A stretch of DNA of 64,000 bases from the human T2T-CHM13v2.0 reference genome, Homo sapiens: the NCBI RefSeq assembly GCF_009914755.1, contig NC_060927.1; one strand, 5' to 3'. How positions within the stretch are numbered: position 1 is the first letter of the stretch; each line of letters starts with the position of its first letter. The translations under genes and the position numbers were made by a program. Below are positions 1 through 16,927 of this stretch, one piece after another. A model generated the notes under the pieces. The model worked only from the letters and a program-made list of their open reading frames with translations. It did not search any database and was not told the DNA's origin.

Positions 1-2337
<2,337 letters not shown>

Positions 2338-2344
2338 TATCATA

Positions 2345-2915
2345 CTTTTTTAAATTTCAACTTTTATATTAGATAAAAGGGGTGTATGTGCAGATTTGTT
2401 ACATGGGAATATTGCATGATGCTGAGGTTTCAGGTACAGACCTCATCACATAGGTAGTGAGCATAGGACACTATAGGTAGTTTTTCATTGCAAGCCCTGC
2501 TCCCATCCTTCTCCCTCTAGTAGTCTGAAATGTCCATTGTTTCCATTGTTTATATCCATGTGTGCTCAATGTTTACCTCCCAGTTATAAGTGAGAATATG
2601 CAGTATCTGGTTTTTTGTTCATTTCTTAGTTTGCCTAGGATTATAGCCTCTAACTGTATCTATGTTGCTGCAAAGGAGATGATTTCATTCGTTTTTATGG
2701 CTGTATAGTATTGTGTGGTATATGAATACTACATTTTCTTTATCCAGTTCATCACTGATAGGCACCTGGGTTGATTTTATGTCTTTGCTACTATAAATAG
2801 TGTAGTGATGAACATACAAGTACATGTGACTTTTTGTAGGATAATTTCTTTTCCCTTGGGTATACAACCAGTAGTGAAATTGCTGGGTCAAATGATAACT
2901 CTCTTTTAAGTTCTT
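2345..2915 (-). mobile_element. Older L1 (L1PA15/16-L1PB-like) 3' end
   Basis: 'tttcaacttttatattagat...ggtgtatgtgcagatttgttacatgggaatattgcatgatgctgagg' is the reverse complement of the old L1PA/PB 3'UTR; ORF2 C-terminal remnants follow. Confidence 0.85.
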
Positions 2916-4400
2916 TACTCAGGCCTGCTGGGCTCATGCCTCCCACCCACCCTGCAGGCTTCGCTTGGCTCGTGCTACTTGTTCAGATCCTATGCCTGCC
3001 AAGGGTGAGCCACACAAAGAGTGGCAAGGGGTGTGTGAATGAGTGAGTGCGGGATCTGGCCACTGTGCACAGCCAGGCATGCCAGCTGCTGTAGAGAAGC
3101 AGGCAAATCCAGGTGCTGGCACAGGTGCTGGCTCTGTGGAAGCCTGTGGCTGGATCAGATGCACTGCAAGCAGCTTTCACTGTGGGTACCTGCATCTGGA
3201 TGAGCAGAAAGCATTGGTTCCTGGAAGCTTGAAGACACCAGAAACTCTAGAGCCCCAAAACGGGTGTCACAACCTTGCCTCTGGAAGTCCCCAGGTCTGG
3301 GATCCTGGAAGGGTTGCAGCTCTTCTCACTTGTTGCCTGCAACATGGTGACTGTGTGTATGTGTGTGTGGGGGGGGTGTTTCAGGCCTTTTTGTGTTACA
3401 GCTCTTTCAGTCCCACCAATTGGTGGGGCCTGAGTTCTCGTACCACATCCAGGAAGAATGAGGTATGCGGACAACTAGAGGGTGGACAAAGCAAAGAGGT
3501 GACTTACTGAGCCACAGTACAGCTCTCAGGAAACCCAAAGTGGGTAGCTCCTTTCAACAGGCAGGTCATCCCGATGAGAATGCACCCCTCAGCAGAGAGG
3601 AGGCCTGGCAGGCAAGTTGTCCTCATGTCTCTGTGAGTCTGTCTGAGACTGGGGTTTTTATGGGCCTCAGAAGGGAGAAAATGCATGCTAATTGGTCCAT
3701 GGGTGACCATAGATGGGCCCAGAAAAAGCACCTTTAAGTACTCCCTCTGGGCAGTGGATTCCTCCCAGAACTGAGAGTCTAGGCTTCAGGCCTCCCCTGG
3801 CTTGAAAGTGGGGCTTCACTGGGAGCTTGCCCCTTTTCACCCACAACCCTGTCTGCCTCCTGCCACCATCTATATGTCATTCATGGTACCCACACTACTT
3901 GTGCAAAAAGGTACCTGCAGGCCTGCACTGAGCCACCCTTAGCCCCTCATTTGGCCTCCCTCCCATGCTCGTCAGTGCCCAAAGCCTGGAGGGAGCTGAG
4001 GCGGCTGGGTGCTGGCATGTCAGCACCACCCCACCCTGAGCACATGCACATCTGGCTGGGTTGCCACAGCACCCAGGCTCAGCCACAACTTTGCTCTGCC
4101 CCAGAGCAGAAGCCAGTAGTTGGGAGAGGCCAGGCAGTGGGGATAGGCACTTCCAAGCTTGTGGGTGTAGGGGGGCTTCCCAGGTTCCTGAGAGCACAAG
4201 GATGCCCGGGTCTGCAGCTGCCTAGGTGGCTTCAGCTGTGCCCAGGAGGGCAGGGCTCCCAACCTGCCAAGTCAGAAGTGCGGGGTGGTGGGGGGAGCTC
4301 GCCCGTCCCCAGCTCCCACTGGCTTCCAGGAGCACACAGCCCTGGCTGTGCCTTTCCTGCTGCAGCCTGCTTTTCTTTGTGGTGGCTGCCACTGCCATTA
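2916..4400 (-). mobile_element. MER52-type ERV1 LTR, missing its left terminus
   Basis: GC-rich 1.48-kb block; 'gcttggctcgtgctact...gatcctatgcctgccaagggtgagcc' and the right end '...ctgccactgccatta' match the recalled MER52 consensus. Confidence 0.75.
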
Positions 4401-4808
4401 GTATAATGTTGGCTGTGAGTTTGTCATAGATGGCTGTTATTATTTTGAGGTGTATTCCTTCTATGCCAGGAAGAGCTCCTTCCTAACTCATTCTGTAAAG
4501 TCAGCATAAGCCTGATAGCAAAACCTGGCAAAAAAACACACACAAAAAATAAAATTACAGGCCAATATCCCTGATGAACATAGACACAAGAATCCTCAAT
4601 AAAATATTAGCATACTAAATCCAGCAGCACATCAAAACGTTAACACACCACAATTAAGTAGGCATTATCCTTGGGATGCAAAGCTGTTTCAACATATTCA
4701 AATCAATAAATGTGGCTCGACATATAAACAGAATTAAAAGCAAAAATCCTATGATCATCTCAATAGACAAAGAAAAAGTTTCCAATAACATCCAACATCT
4801 CTTCATGA
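4401..4808. mobile_element. L1 ORF2 remnant with inversion: minus 4401-~4467, plus ~4468-4808; probably the 5' part of the L1 at 2345
   Basis: Minus piece 'gtataatgttggctgtgagtttgtcatagatggc...ttctatgcc'; plus piece 'cctaactcattc...ccaacatctcttcatga'. The two ends are ~20 nt apart in L1 coordinates. Confidence 0.8.
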
Positions 4809-5181
4809 CTTTTTTTGAATTTCAATTTTGTATAATAAAGATTGTCTCAAATGAAAGTTTTATCTTTTATCTTAAGCTAGTCTCAGATTATACAGGATAC
4901 ATGACTAGTTCTAAATGTCTCTGTGGTGACTTTGTCTTGTAATAATGTGCTTGGCATTTTATTGTACTTTTACTATACAACAATTTTCCAAATACATGTT
5001 TTTATTCAGGGACTATGATTGTGACATACTATGTTTGTATTTTTGTATTTTTGCCATATTTCTAAAAGTATTAATGAAATTAATCAAGATTCTGACATTG
5101 TAAGTAAATAAGAACATAAACAATGCAAAGAAGTATATATTTTAATATCGTATGTATTATACTTAAAGAGTATTAGTGTTT

Positions 5182-5468
5182 TTTTTTTGGAAAGAGTCTC
5201 ACTCTGTTGCCCAGACTGGAGTGCAGTGGTACAATCTTGGATCACTGCAACCTCCACCTCCTAGGTTCAAGCAGTTCTCCTGCCTCAGCTCCCTAGTAGC
5301 TGGGACTACAGGCATGCACCACCACTGCACCTGGCTAATTTTTGTATTTTTAGGAGAGACAGGTTTCACCATATTGTCCAGGCTGGTCTGGAACTCCTGA
5401 CCTCATGATCCACCTGCTTCACCTTCTCAAAAAGCTGGGATTACAGGCATGAGCCACTGTGCCCGGAC
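5182..5468 (-). mobile_element. AluS (AluSg-like)
   Basis: Full dimer in reverse; 16-bp TSD aagagtattagtgttt at 5166-5181 and 5469-5484. Confidence 0.95.
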
Positions 5469-5579
5469 AAGAGTATTAGTGTTTCTTAGGATGCATTTAA
5501 ATGAAGTATTTAATTGAAACTATTGACATTGGAAATTGAAGTTAAAATGAAGCTACTTTTATCACTGGCTTTAATAGTT

Positions 5580-6100
5580 GTTCCCTGGCTCTACAGTTAG
5601 CCAGTACTAACTTGAACCTCAGTTCCTAAGCAAATTACTTAAATCTTCTAAACAACAATTTTCTTATTGATATGGTTTGGCTGTGTCCCCACTCAAATCT
5701 CATCTTGAATTGTAGTTCCCATAATCCCCATGTGTTGTGGAAGGGATCAAGTGGAGATAATTGAATCATGGGAAGGGTATCCCCCATCCTGTTCTTATGA
5801 TAGTGAGTTAGTTCTCACAAGATCTGATAGTTTTATAAGGGGCTTTCCCCTTTGCTGGGTACTCCATTCTTCTTCCTGCTGACATGTGAAGAAGGACATG
5901 TTTGCTTCCCATTCTGCCATGATTGTAAGTTTCCTGAGGCCTCTCCAACCCTGCAGAATTGTGAGTCAATTAAACCTCTCTCCTTTATAAATTACCTAGT
6001 CTTGGACAGTTCTTTATAGCAGCATGAGAACGGATTAATACACTTATTGAATGAAAACAATGATAGTTCCCCCCTCATTAGCATTGTGCATAGATAGATA
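5580..6100 (+). mobile_element. Degenerate MIR split by the THE1D LTR
   Basis: 'caaattacttaaatcttcta...ttttcttat' before the LTR and 'gaaaacaatgatagttcccccctcattagcattgtg' after it resemble the MIR core. Confidence 0.45.
5668..6042 (+). mobile_element. THE1D-like solo LTR (ERVL-MaLR)
   Basis: Starts tgatatggtttggctgtgtcccc, ends ...ttaataca; 5-bp TSD cttat on both sides. Confidence 0.93.
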
Positions 6101-7039
6101 TATAAATACTCTTATTGACCTCTAGCAATTTCTCAGAGATACTTCTATTATCAACATCATTCTAGTTGTTAGCAGTTATTTTTCAGATTTTGCTCTCAGT
6201 CTAATTTGGTCAGTAGATTTAATTTAAATTTCTCCAACTTTAAATTCAAACTGAATTCAAGATATATATTTGCAGTTTATGCATTATGTTACTTTATTTT
6301 TTGGTTTGTCTGGATTTAGATTCTACATTTGCTCAAAAATTACAATAATACCTTACCAACCTTCTCTACTGAGGTGTTGTGAAAAGCAACCAAAAGGTGA
6401 GAGACAAAAATGTTCCTAAGCGGTAAACCTCTAAATTTTATTAAGGTGATAATTTTACAGAGAATTCAGAAGTACTACAAATATAAAATATACAAAAAAA
6501 CAAAAAATGTACTAGTCTATCTTAATGCATTCTTTACTTTTAATATTCATACTTATAATTTTGAGCAGCAACTAATTTTAAAGCTATGAACATATAATGT
6601 CTTTAATGTTCAATAATACTCAAAATTATATACTACTTTGTTGAATAATAGTTCATAGAACTTTATCTGATGAGAGAACAATTTTTTTTCTAGTATGCTA
6701 CTAGCTTTATAAGTCACATTATACTTACAAACATAATAAGAAATGAGCTATTCTCTATGTTTCACTGAAAATATGCACAATGAAATATCCTTGAATGTGT
6801 TTTTTTTATCATTGTCCCTTTGTAAGACAGTGTACTTTTTCTAAGTCTCTCATCTTTCAAAAACAGGATAGAGAACTTAACTTTATCTTACAAAAGAAAA
6901 AATCGTATAAAGCAGCCTCTTTTTCATAAGCTATCTTAATAGCTTATGCAGGGATGTTATAAAGTAGTCTATAGGAAAATGTAAAATAATGCTTGATTTT
7001 ACTTCTGTTTTACAAGTATATCGTCCACTAATATTTCAG

Positions 7040-7152
7040 CTCTACAAAAACAAGTATCACTACCATTTTCCATTTAAGAAACTGACATAAGTAAGGTCAC
7101 AGAGGTAAAGCCAGTAGTAAAATTCTAGGCTTATGACTTCAAAAGCTCTGTC
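7040..7152 (-). mobile_element. MIR fragment
   Basis: 'ccattttccatttaagaaactga...aaggtcacag...tgacttcaaaagctc' resembles the reverse MIR core. Confidence 0.5.
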
Positions 7153-9064
7153 CAATCAATATAACTATCATTAACATGCACAGTAACTGTTTTGGTTATA
7201 CTAAGAATAGTATCAGAACTGTAACAGTACACAGTGCAACTCAATGTAAATGTACCTAATCAGTTTAAAACTCTGCAATATTTCATATCTCCTAACCAAA
7301 TTAATGACTAAAAGAGATGTCACTTTTGATCTAGCCCATAATTTAGGACTAAAGTTTCCCAACCATTAACACTACATTTCATTTATAAAAATATGTGGTT
7401 AAAATTTTGATTTGGAGAACAGAGGAACATGCATAGATCAGAGTAAAAAAGAAACATATATTTTGCAACAGTGGGTTGAAAAGCTACATTTAGATGAAAA
7501 GTTACCATGATTTTAGCAAAGTTTATAAATCTCCACCTGAGTAATAGTTGTAGCTTCCAAGTGGCAGCAGAGGCCACTAATAAGAACCACTGGGACAAGT
7601 TGAAAAGGGAAGGTGCAGGTTCCTCTGTGTCCTATAATGAAGGCAAGATTTTAATCCAGATTTTAAAGTATTAAATCCACAGTTCAGAAACTGTGTAGTG
7701 TCTTCCTTTTTCACTGATTCATCCATAGTGATTTCTACTGATGATTTTCTGTAGGAAGGCAACCATGTATGCTGTCTAGATACCCTGCAGTATGCATGTA
7801 TTAGAAATTCTGATAAAGATAATCTAAGACTTCATGAAATAAGATGCTAATGCTAAGTAACTGTACTATAGTATTATAATTAAATATGATGAGTCTTGAT
7901 AAATGTCACTTATTAGTCCATCATGACATTTAATTGATCTAATACTGGCCAGAATTTTAAAAGATTAAAAATTGAAGTCAGTGAAGGGCAAACAGGTTGA
8001 ATCGTGCCTTATGTTTAAAAGCATACTTATTAGAAAAACCATTAACATTCTCATCAAAGTTAAAGAGACAGGCATATTTGAAGTCAATCACACAGAACGG
8101 TTGTTTAGGGGAGTAGATACGGCATTATTCTGTTGAGAAATAGGACACTTCTGCTACTGAACATACTTGGCAGCCATGTCTAAAGTGCTGGTTTTATTTT
8201 TGTAGGTGCCATAATTTTATAGAGAATTGACTTATTTCCAAAAATAGGCAATAAAGGAAATAACATGTCGTAACAGAATGAAATCATAGCCTATAACACA
8301 ATTTGAAAAGATAGAGATGATTTAAAATATGGAAGATACATCTTGGAGGATGCATATCATTTATCTTCAAATCATTGATTTGTTGGCATGTAGAACAAAG
8401 TGCAAACATTTTGTATTGTTCTGGATGTCCCACGTTCAAATATCAGTACTCCCAGTCCACACAGAATTGAGCATAAATTGTCCTGTGTTCATGCTGAAAT
8501 CATACCTGTTGTGTGTTTTTTAAAAAAATTTCTCCTTCATAGCCAATTCCCATTTCAATAACTTATTTAATTCTCATTTTTTCTTGATGTATTATGGAAA
8601 TGAAAGGTTGTTTTCTGACACCTAGAATCCTCTAATAACCCTAAGATTGATAACTGGGTTTGATATTAACCATGAACAGACACTGAAAACAGTACCTTTA
8701 TGACTGTCCAAATATTATCTGTCTGGATTATCCATTTCTGTGGGACACTCCCTTTTTGAGATCTACTTTTCAATTTTATGTCTCTATTATATAATGTGTT
8801 AGAGATTCCTGTACACGAGAATACTGTGGGCATACTGAAAATATCCCCAGCAATAGTGTTAAACTTTTACATTTATGTTGCCTGCTTGTGGACTTCTGGA
8901 TCCCAGTCCTAATGTAGTCTAGGCCTTAGTCTGTTGCTACATGGTTAAGTTGGGCTGATGAATCTCCAGATATTATAAACATTCTAATTTCTCACTTTGA
9001 GTCAAATATATTCTTCCTCCACTGGCTTTCTTATATATATATATATATTTTTCTATCGTTCTAA

Positions 9065-9418
<354 letters not shown>

Positions 9419-9697
9419 TGATCACTTTAATCAAGGTTGATGCTATGAGTTTTTAAAGTACAAATTCCAGTGCTTATTATTATCTTAAGTCCCTACTTGT
9501 CAAGAAAATGAGCTTAGAAAAAAAAATCTAAAACCAGTGATGCTGAAAATAAAGCACAGATATTGTGACACATGTTTTCTAGTTCATTTCTGAATTTTCA
9601 AAATGACCTTTTAAAAATATTCAGTAATATTTTCACAGGTAATTTTATGTTTCGGAAAATAAAAAATAGGTTTTTGGTGCCTTAAAATGGAAAAATA

Positions 9698-9983
9698 GGC
9701 CAGGTTTCGTGCTCCACGCCTTAATCCCAGCACTTCGGGAGGCCGAAGTGAGTGGACTTAATGAGTCCAGGAGTTCCAGCCCAGCCTGAGAAACATGGCA
9801 AAACCCCATCTCTACAAAAAATTTAAAAATTAGTGAGTCATGGTGGTACACACTTGTAGTCCCAGCTACTTGGAAGGCTGAGGTGGGAGAATCACCTGAG
9901 CCTGGGAAATCAAGGCTGTAGTAAGCTGTGATCTCACCACTGTACTCTAGCCTGGGCGACAGAGTGAGACCCTATCTCTAAAA
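9698..9983 (+). mobile_element. AluJ
   Basis: Diverged dimer; 15-bp TSD taaaatggaa(a/g)aata at 9683-9697 and 9984-9998. Confidence 0.92.
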
Positions 9984-10858
9984 TAAAATGGAAGAATATT
10001 TGGAAAGCAAATATACTATTAATGTTTTATATATTTTTAGGTTCAAGATTTTTCCTAATGAGCGAAACACTGAATAAGAATGGTAAAACAGACTAACACA
10101 AATAAGTATCAAGTATTTATAATAAATTCAAGAATATAAAAAATGAAGAAACACAAAGTGAATAGACGCCAGGCATCATGACCACAGCTGCTAGCATCTT
10201 CTTTCCCACATCAGATTCACATTTTAGACAAGAATAATAGGCTTCTAAAACAAGTGGGCAGATTACAACACACAAGAGTTTTAGGGTATGAAATATCTGC
10301 AGGTTCCAGTAGTTTCATATGTTGCCTAATATTTCTTAGCGTTCCATATATTCTTGGTTTGTTTATAAAAAGTAATTATATACCAAGACTATCATATCAA
10401 AAACATTTCTTATTTAAGGAATCTTCTTTTAACAAATATATTCTATACACTAGCCCATTATCATTATGCTTACAAGGAGCTTTGATCTGATCATCTATCT
10501 TCTTTCATTCCTAGGATGTCCCTGATAATGAAGAGAAATGAAACTCTGGCCAGTTCATTTAATTTTTCTGTCTCACCCTACAAAATTTAACTTGATCCTA
10601 AAAATCGTAAGTAAAGTACAGATAACATTACCAACTAAATAACCCAGATCACTCACCTCACATTGATGTAGCTAGAACAATAACATGGTTGCTACCAATA
10701 AGGTTCTTTTTTTAAATTGTCTGTCTCAGTACACTTTTTGAAAATTGTCTCCAACAAAATGAGTTTTAAGGACAAATGACAGTTCTTCTAAAATGATTTT
10801 ATGAGATTCTGTGATTGTCTATAGCTTCTTACAAAAATATAATTTATAAATTTAAAAT

Positions 10859-11165
10859 GGCTGGGTGCGGTGGCTCACGCCTGCAATCCCAGCACTTTGG
10901 GAGGCCGAGGCGGGCGGATCATGAGGTCAGGAGGTCGAGATCATCCTAGCTAACACGTGAAACCCCGTCTCTACTAAAAATACAAAAAATTAGCTGAGCG
11001 TGGTGGCGGGTGCCTGTAGTCCCAGCTACTTGGGAGGCTGAGGCAGGAGAATGGCTTAAGTAAACCCGGGAGGCAGAGCTTGCAGTGAGCGGAGATGGCG
11101 CCGCTGCACTCCAGCCTGGGCGACAGAGCAAGAGTCCATCTCAAAAAAAAAAAAAAAAAAAATTA
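10859..11165 (+). mobile_element. AluY-like
   Basis: 'atcatcctagctaacacg', 'gagcttgcagtgagc', many CpGs retained, ~20-nt poly(A). Confidence 0.93.
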
Positions 11166-12496
11166 AAAAAATCTCTTAATTTTAGACTCCTATAGCAAAG
11201 GTAGATTTCTCAATTACTAAACCTGAAAAAGTATCGGTAAAGTCTCAAGTTTATGAAACTTACAATACTAAAAGTTGAAAATAAATTCAAAGAATCAACC
11301 TTTAAAACAGAAGTGTACTTATCTCACTTGTTGCTTTAAAATATAGATAGCTCCCATAAAGACCTGTTTCTTTCTCTTTTTTTTCCTTCTACTTCCATGC
11401 TTTCATTTTTTAAAAATCATCACACATCTCCATAGGGTTTAAGGACCTGTTTCTTTCATCTAATTAGTACACAATAAGACATTCAATGAGGACCTACTGT
11501 TTAATTAACTAATGGCATAAAAGTAAAAATAGAAAAACGAAAGTGTGATGAAAATTTTTCAATTAATCTGCAAATAAACTTATTTTCAATTTAATAATAT
11601 ATAATTTATCAAATGCCATGGAAATGTGTATTAGATAATACTTATAAACCATGAAATTCATCTGGTCTCAGAGTGGTAAAATGGATTGAACACAGTTTTC
11701 AAGAGGTAATAAAATTATTCAAATCTTATATTTCTCTGAGAACATTAAAAATACATGATTTATACAGTGCAGTAATATTTAAAATTAACTTCCTTTAAAG
11801 TACCAGTTTCTTTGCAGCTCTTCTTTATCAAAATCCCAAATTCTAACCCTAACCTTAGCCGTGAATAATTTCCTCTTCTTCTGAATTCTTTTTCTTGCAA
11901 GGAAGGTAGACTTGGCCTCTTAATTCTAGGAAGCGAGAATCTTTATCTTGAAAAGTTGAGATGTGGAGAAATCCCCTGAATAAACACAGAACACTACTTA
12001 GCTGATAAAGGGATAGGAAGAGACAATGTATTATGAATTTCTGAAGTCTTGTTTCTATCTCACTTTAATATGTCATACTCAAAAACTAATATAAAAATGA
12101 GAAAATTCTAGGTTGTCAGATATTTGAATTACTTCCTGTAAAATTTTGACTCTTTTAAAGGAGATTTTGCAAAGAAACATTAAAAGTATTGAACTCAACT
12201 TGAAAGTTTTATCTAAGAGTTATTTCAATTTTTTAATTAAAACCAAAGTGATCTTCAGTTGATACTTATTTTGTATAAACAGGTTAATCTTGTGTTATTA
12301 GAATGCTTATATGAAAGTGATTTTAACAACCTTCACTATAATCTGAAGCAAAAAGCTCAAAAAAGTTCATATTTTAAATGAAATATTTTTCTGTCCTACA
12401 AAGAAAAATGGAATCTTAGGTTTTAAGAAAATTATATTGTTCTATATTATATTTAGCTATTAATAAAATTTTAAATCAGTAAAAGTAACATGTAGC

Positions 12497-12790
12497 AGCT
12501 GAGTGTTGTGGCTCACACTTGTAATCCCAGCACTTTGGGAGGCCGAGGCAGGCAGATTGCTTGAGGTCAGGTGTTCAAGACCAGCCTGGCCAACATGGTG
12601 AAACCCTATCTCTACTAAAAATTAGTGGGGCATGGTGTCGCATCCCTGTAGTACTGTAGCTGGTAAGCTACAGGGTGGCTGAGTCGCAAGAATCACTTGA
12701 ACCAGAGAGGTGAAGGTTGCAGTGAGCTGAGATAGTACCATAGCACTCCAACCTGGGTGACAGAGCAAGAATGTCTAAAAAAAAAATAAT
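12497..12790 (+). mobile_element. AluS (Sx/Sz-like) with rearranged right arm
   Basis: Alu dimer with 'ccagcctggccaacatggtgaaaccc'; shortened middle A-linker. Confidence 0.9.
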
Positions 12791-13444
12791 TAATTAATTA
12801 ATTTTTAAAAATTAGCTTCATTTATAGGTGTGGAACAAATTATATAGTCATAAAAAAATTTGGAAATTTTAAAAACTTTCATAACATGACAGTGAAGATT
12901 ATGATTAAAAGCATAGTAAATACTTTTAACTTATTTTTTTCTGTAAAACATTTAGTAAAAAATAACTCTAAAACTTTTAAGTAATTCTATGTTCTTTGAC
13001 ATACAAAGAGGGGCATAAGCTACAGAACATTCATAATAGCATTTGTGTACTTTCCTATCTAATAATAGTGGGATAATAATGAATTATTTCTAACCTGGCT
13101 GTATGTATGGCTTCCAATAAGGTATTTATATATGCATAAGAGTACATATCACAATGTTTTAATTAATTTCTAAAAACGCTTTATGAAAATCTTCTTATTT
13201 AGCTTACGGAAATGCTTCTTGGTTAATTAGATTTTATGGAGTAAGTCCAAGACAGGAAATAGCAAAATATTATTATTGGCCATGTATTTTACACTAAACA
13301 TATATTTGATATAACATCATTGAATTTCTCTTCCTCTCAGTTACCTATATTATTAAAAAATTTTAGAGATAAATTTATATTTAATAGGCCTTTTAGATCA
13401 TGTTGTAACTTTACTTTAGTTTGTTTTATTTAAAAGTTACCTTA

Positions 13445-14876
<1,432 letters not shown>

Positions 14877-15700
14877 AAATACCTTAAGAAAAGTTTTAGA
14901 TTCTAACTTGTATTTGATGAGTCATTATTTATTTATAAACAATAAGTATCTGAAAATGTTTGGCAGTTTAAACTCAGTTTTCTTGATGGAACTCAAATAT
15001 TGACTAGGTAGAGCCTTCTGGTCATTAATATTGAAGACAACTAAATACTGTTTTGTTTTGCCAGTTTTGAGGGAGACCTCAATGTATGCTTTTCCCTATT
15101 GTCTATATATTTTCTTAAATGCCACTCTAGTGTTTCTGCTTCTGAGCATATTCTAGTCTAAGTTCATACTTTTTGTACAGGTACACCTCTTGCATAAGTG
15201 TGAAAACAATGGCTTAGAATCAATGTAGTCTCATCTGTGTATTAGAAATATTTCCTTTTATCAACAGTTGAGCTCTAAAAATTGCAAATTCAATAGAAAA
15301 TTTAGAATGTTTTGAGGAATTATAATTTCTCTAGAAAGAGAGCACACTTTGAAAACACACATAGACAAAACAGATCTTAAATATATTTGTAAGGTGATCT
15401 TACCTCTATGGTGTTGAATGCATGGAAACACTAAATAAAAGTCATGTATGGTTTTTAAAAATCTGTATGAAGTATGCCTATGTTTACTAATTTTCTGTCT
15501 AGAGCTAGTCTGAGAAATAGTGTGTGACTCTATAAGGGTCATCGATAAGTATCTACCAAATAATATATACATTTGTCATTCCCTTGTTACTAGATTATAT
15601 TCTGAATTCCTTTTGTGTTTTTTACTTATTAAGAAGAAAGTCAATCCAAAAGAATGTGGTGAGAAAATGTGTAAACAATGTTGCAGTCTTTTGTCCATCT

Positions 15701-15810
15701 TTTTTTAATTTTTTTTTAAATTTTACTTTAAGTTCTGGGATACATGTGCAGACTATGTAGGTTTGTTATTTAGGTATACATGTGCCATGATGGTTTGCTG
15801 CACTTATCAA
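15701..15810 (-). mobile_element. Very short L1PA (PA8-like) 3' end
   Basis: T-rich tail then 'tactttaagttctgggatacatgtgcag...tggtttgctgcac'. Confidence 0.85.
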
Positions 15811-16128
15811 TATTGCATTTTTAAAAAGCAAGAAAATAGTTCTTTTATAAAAATGCCTTTGAGAAAAAAATTGAAAAATACTTTTTTCAAAGAAAAAGGA
15901 TTGAATCTCCAAACAGAATTTACAATATGGCCTTGTTGTAAGAGCAGTATGAAAGTTTGAGCCCCTCTCCTTCTGTAATTTCCTAAATGGGTCCTACACG
16001 TGCCCTGTTAAATACTAAGTGTTCCAAATTAGTTATGGTCAATCCCTGTGAGTATAATACTTATTTCCTGCCCCATTTAATACAAGGGTTCTATTACATA
16101 TAAGAGGGCATCTTCTTAGTTCTAACTT

Positions 16129-16196
16129 TGTGTGTGTGTGCGTGTCTGTGTGCACATGGGTGCACATATGTGTGAGTATGTATGTACCTGTGTGTC
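16129..16196. repeat. Degenerate (TG)n
   Basis: tgtgtgtgtgtgcgtgtctgtgtgcac... Confidence 0.7.
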
Positions 16197-16927
16197 TGGA
16201 TTTTAGAGAAGCCTGAGAAAGTTGTACATCAATTGTATATAGATTTCAATTTATTGTTGTTTTGTAAAAAAATCTGATGTTTCTTAAGACGCCTTAGTTT
16301 AAGAAAGTATGCTGTAAAATTTTTCTGTGCATTGTTTTATTCTCAGAGAACAGTAAAGGAAACCTAATTATCTCAAATTGTTTACAAGGTTTTATAGAAA
16401 TAAAACACACCATAGAGTTTTGGTTTGTCATGTTGACAGTTGAGAAACAGTGGATCTGATTATTCTTGGAATAAACCTGTAAGGTAATTTTCAAAAGAAA
16501 AAACTTAAAAACAATAAATCTAATTATTAGCAAAGAATTTAATTATTCTGATTTTAAATCCCCAGTTCTGACTAAAATAAAAATCTTATTGAAAACATAA
16601 AAGAAGGAAACACATTTTTCTACATAATGAATAGAAACATAAGTGACAGTCTTGTTCAGAGTGCCAGTTCTGTACTAAAAATATGTTCCAATTCATAGAA
16701 TTTTACTTTCTCTGGTTTTATTCACTGTTTACTCAGATAGTGAGCAGCAATGCATTTTTGTTCTGACAATAATTCCCTTGACTGTTGCATGTTATTTGTG
16801 TTTAAAAAAAAAGTAAAAGCCAAAATCAAAAAAGCCAAGCATTAAGAAGTTGCAGGTGCACTACTTATCAAGAGAGGAGACACGCTAGGAGTCCTTATTA
16901 GCAGTCTGGGCTTACCGTTCTTCAGAA

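Noticed and set aside
2934-4429. GC-rich cluster of overlapping ORFs suggesting a gene or CpG island
   Set aside because: It lies within the MER52-type LTR, is CpG-depleted, and the ORFs have no recognisable domain.
11843-11858. Telomere-like ctaaccctaacc
   Set aside because: Only two units; expected by chance.
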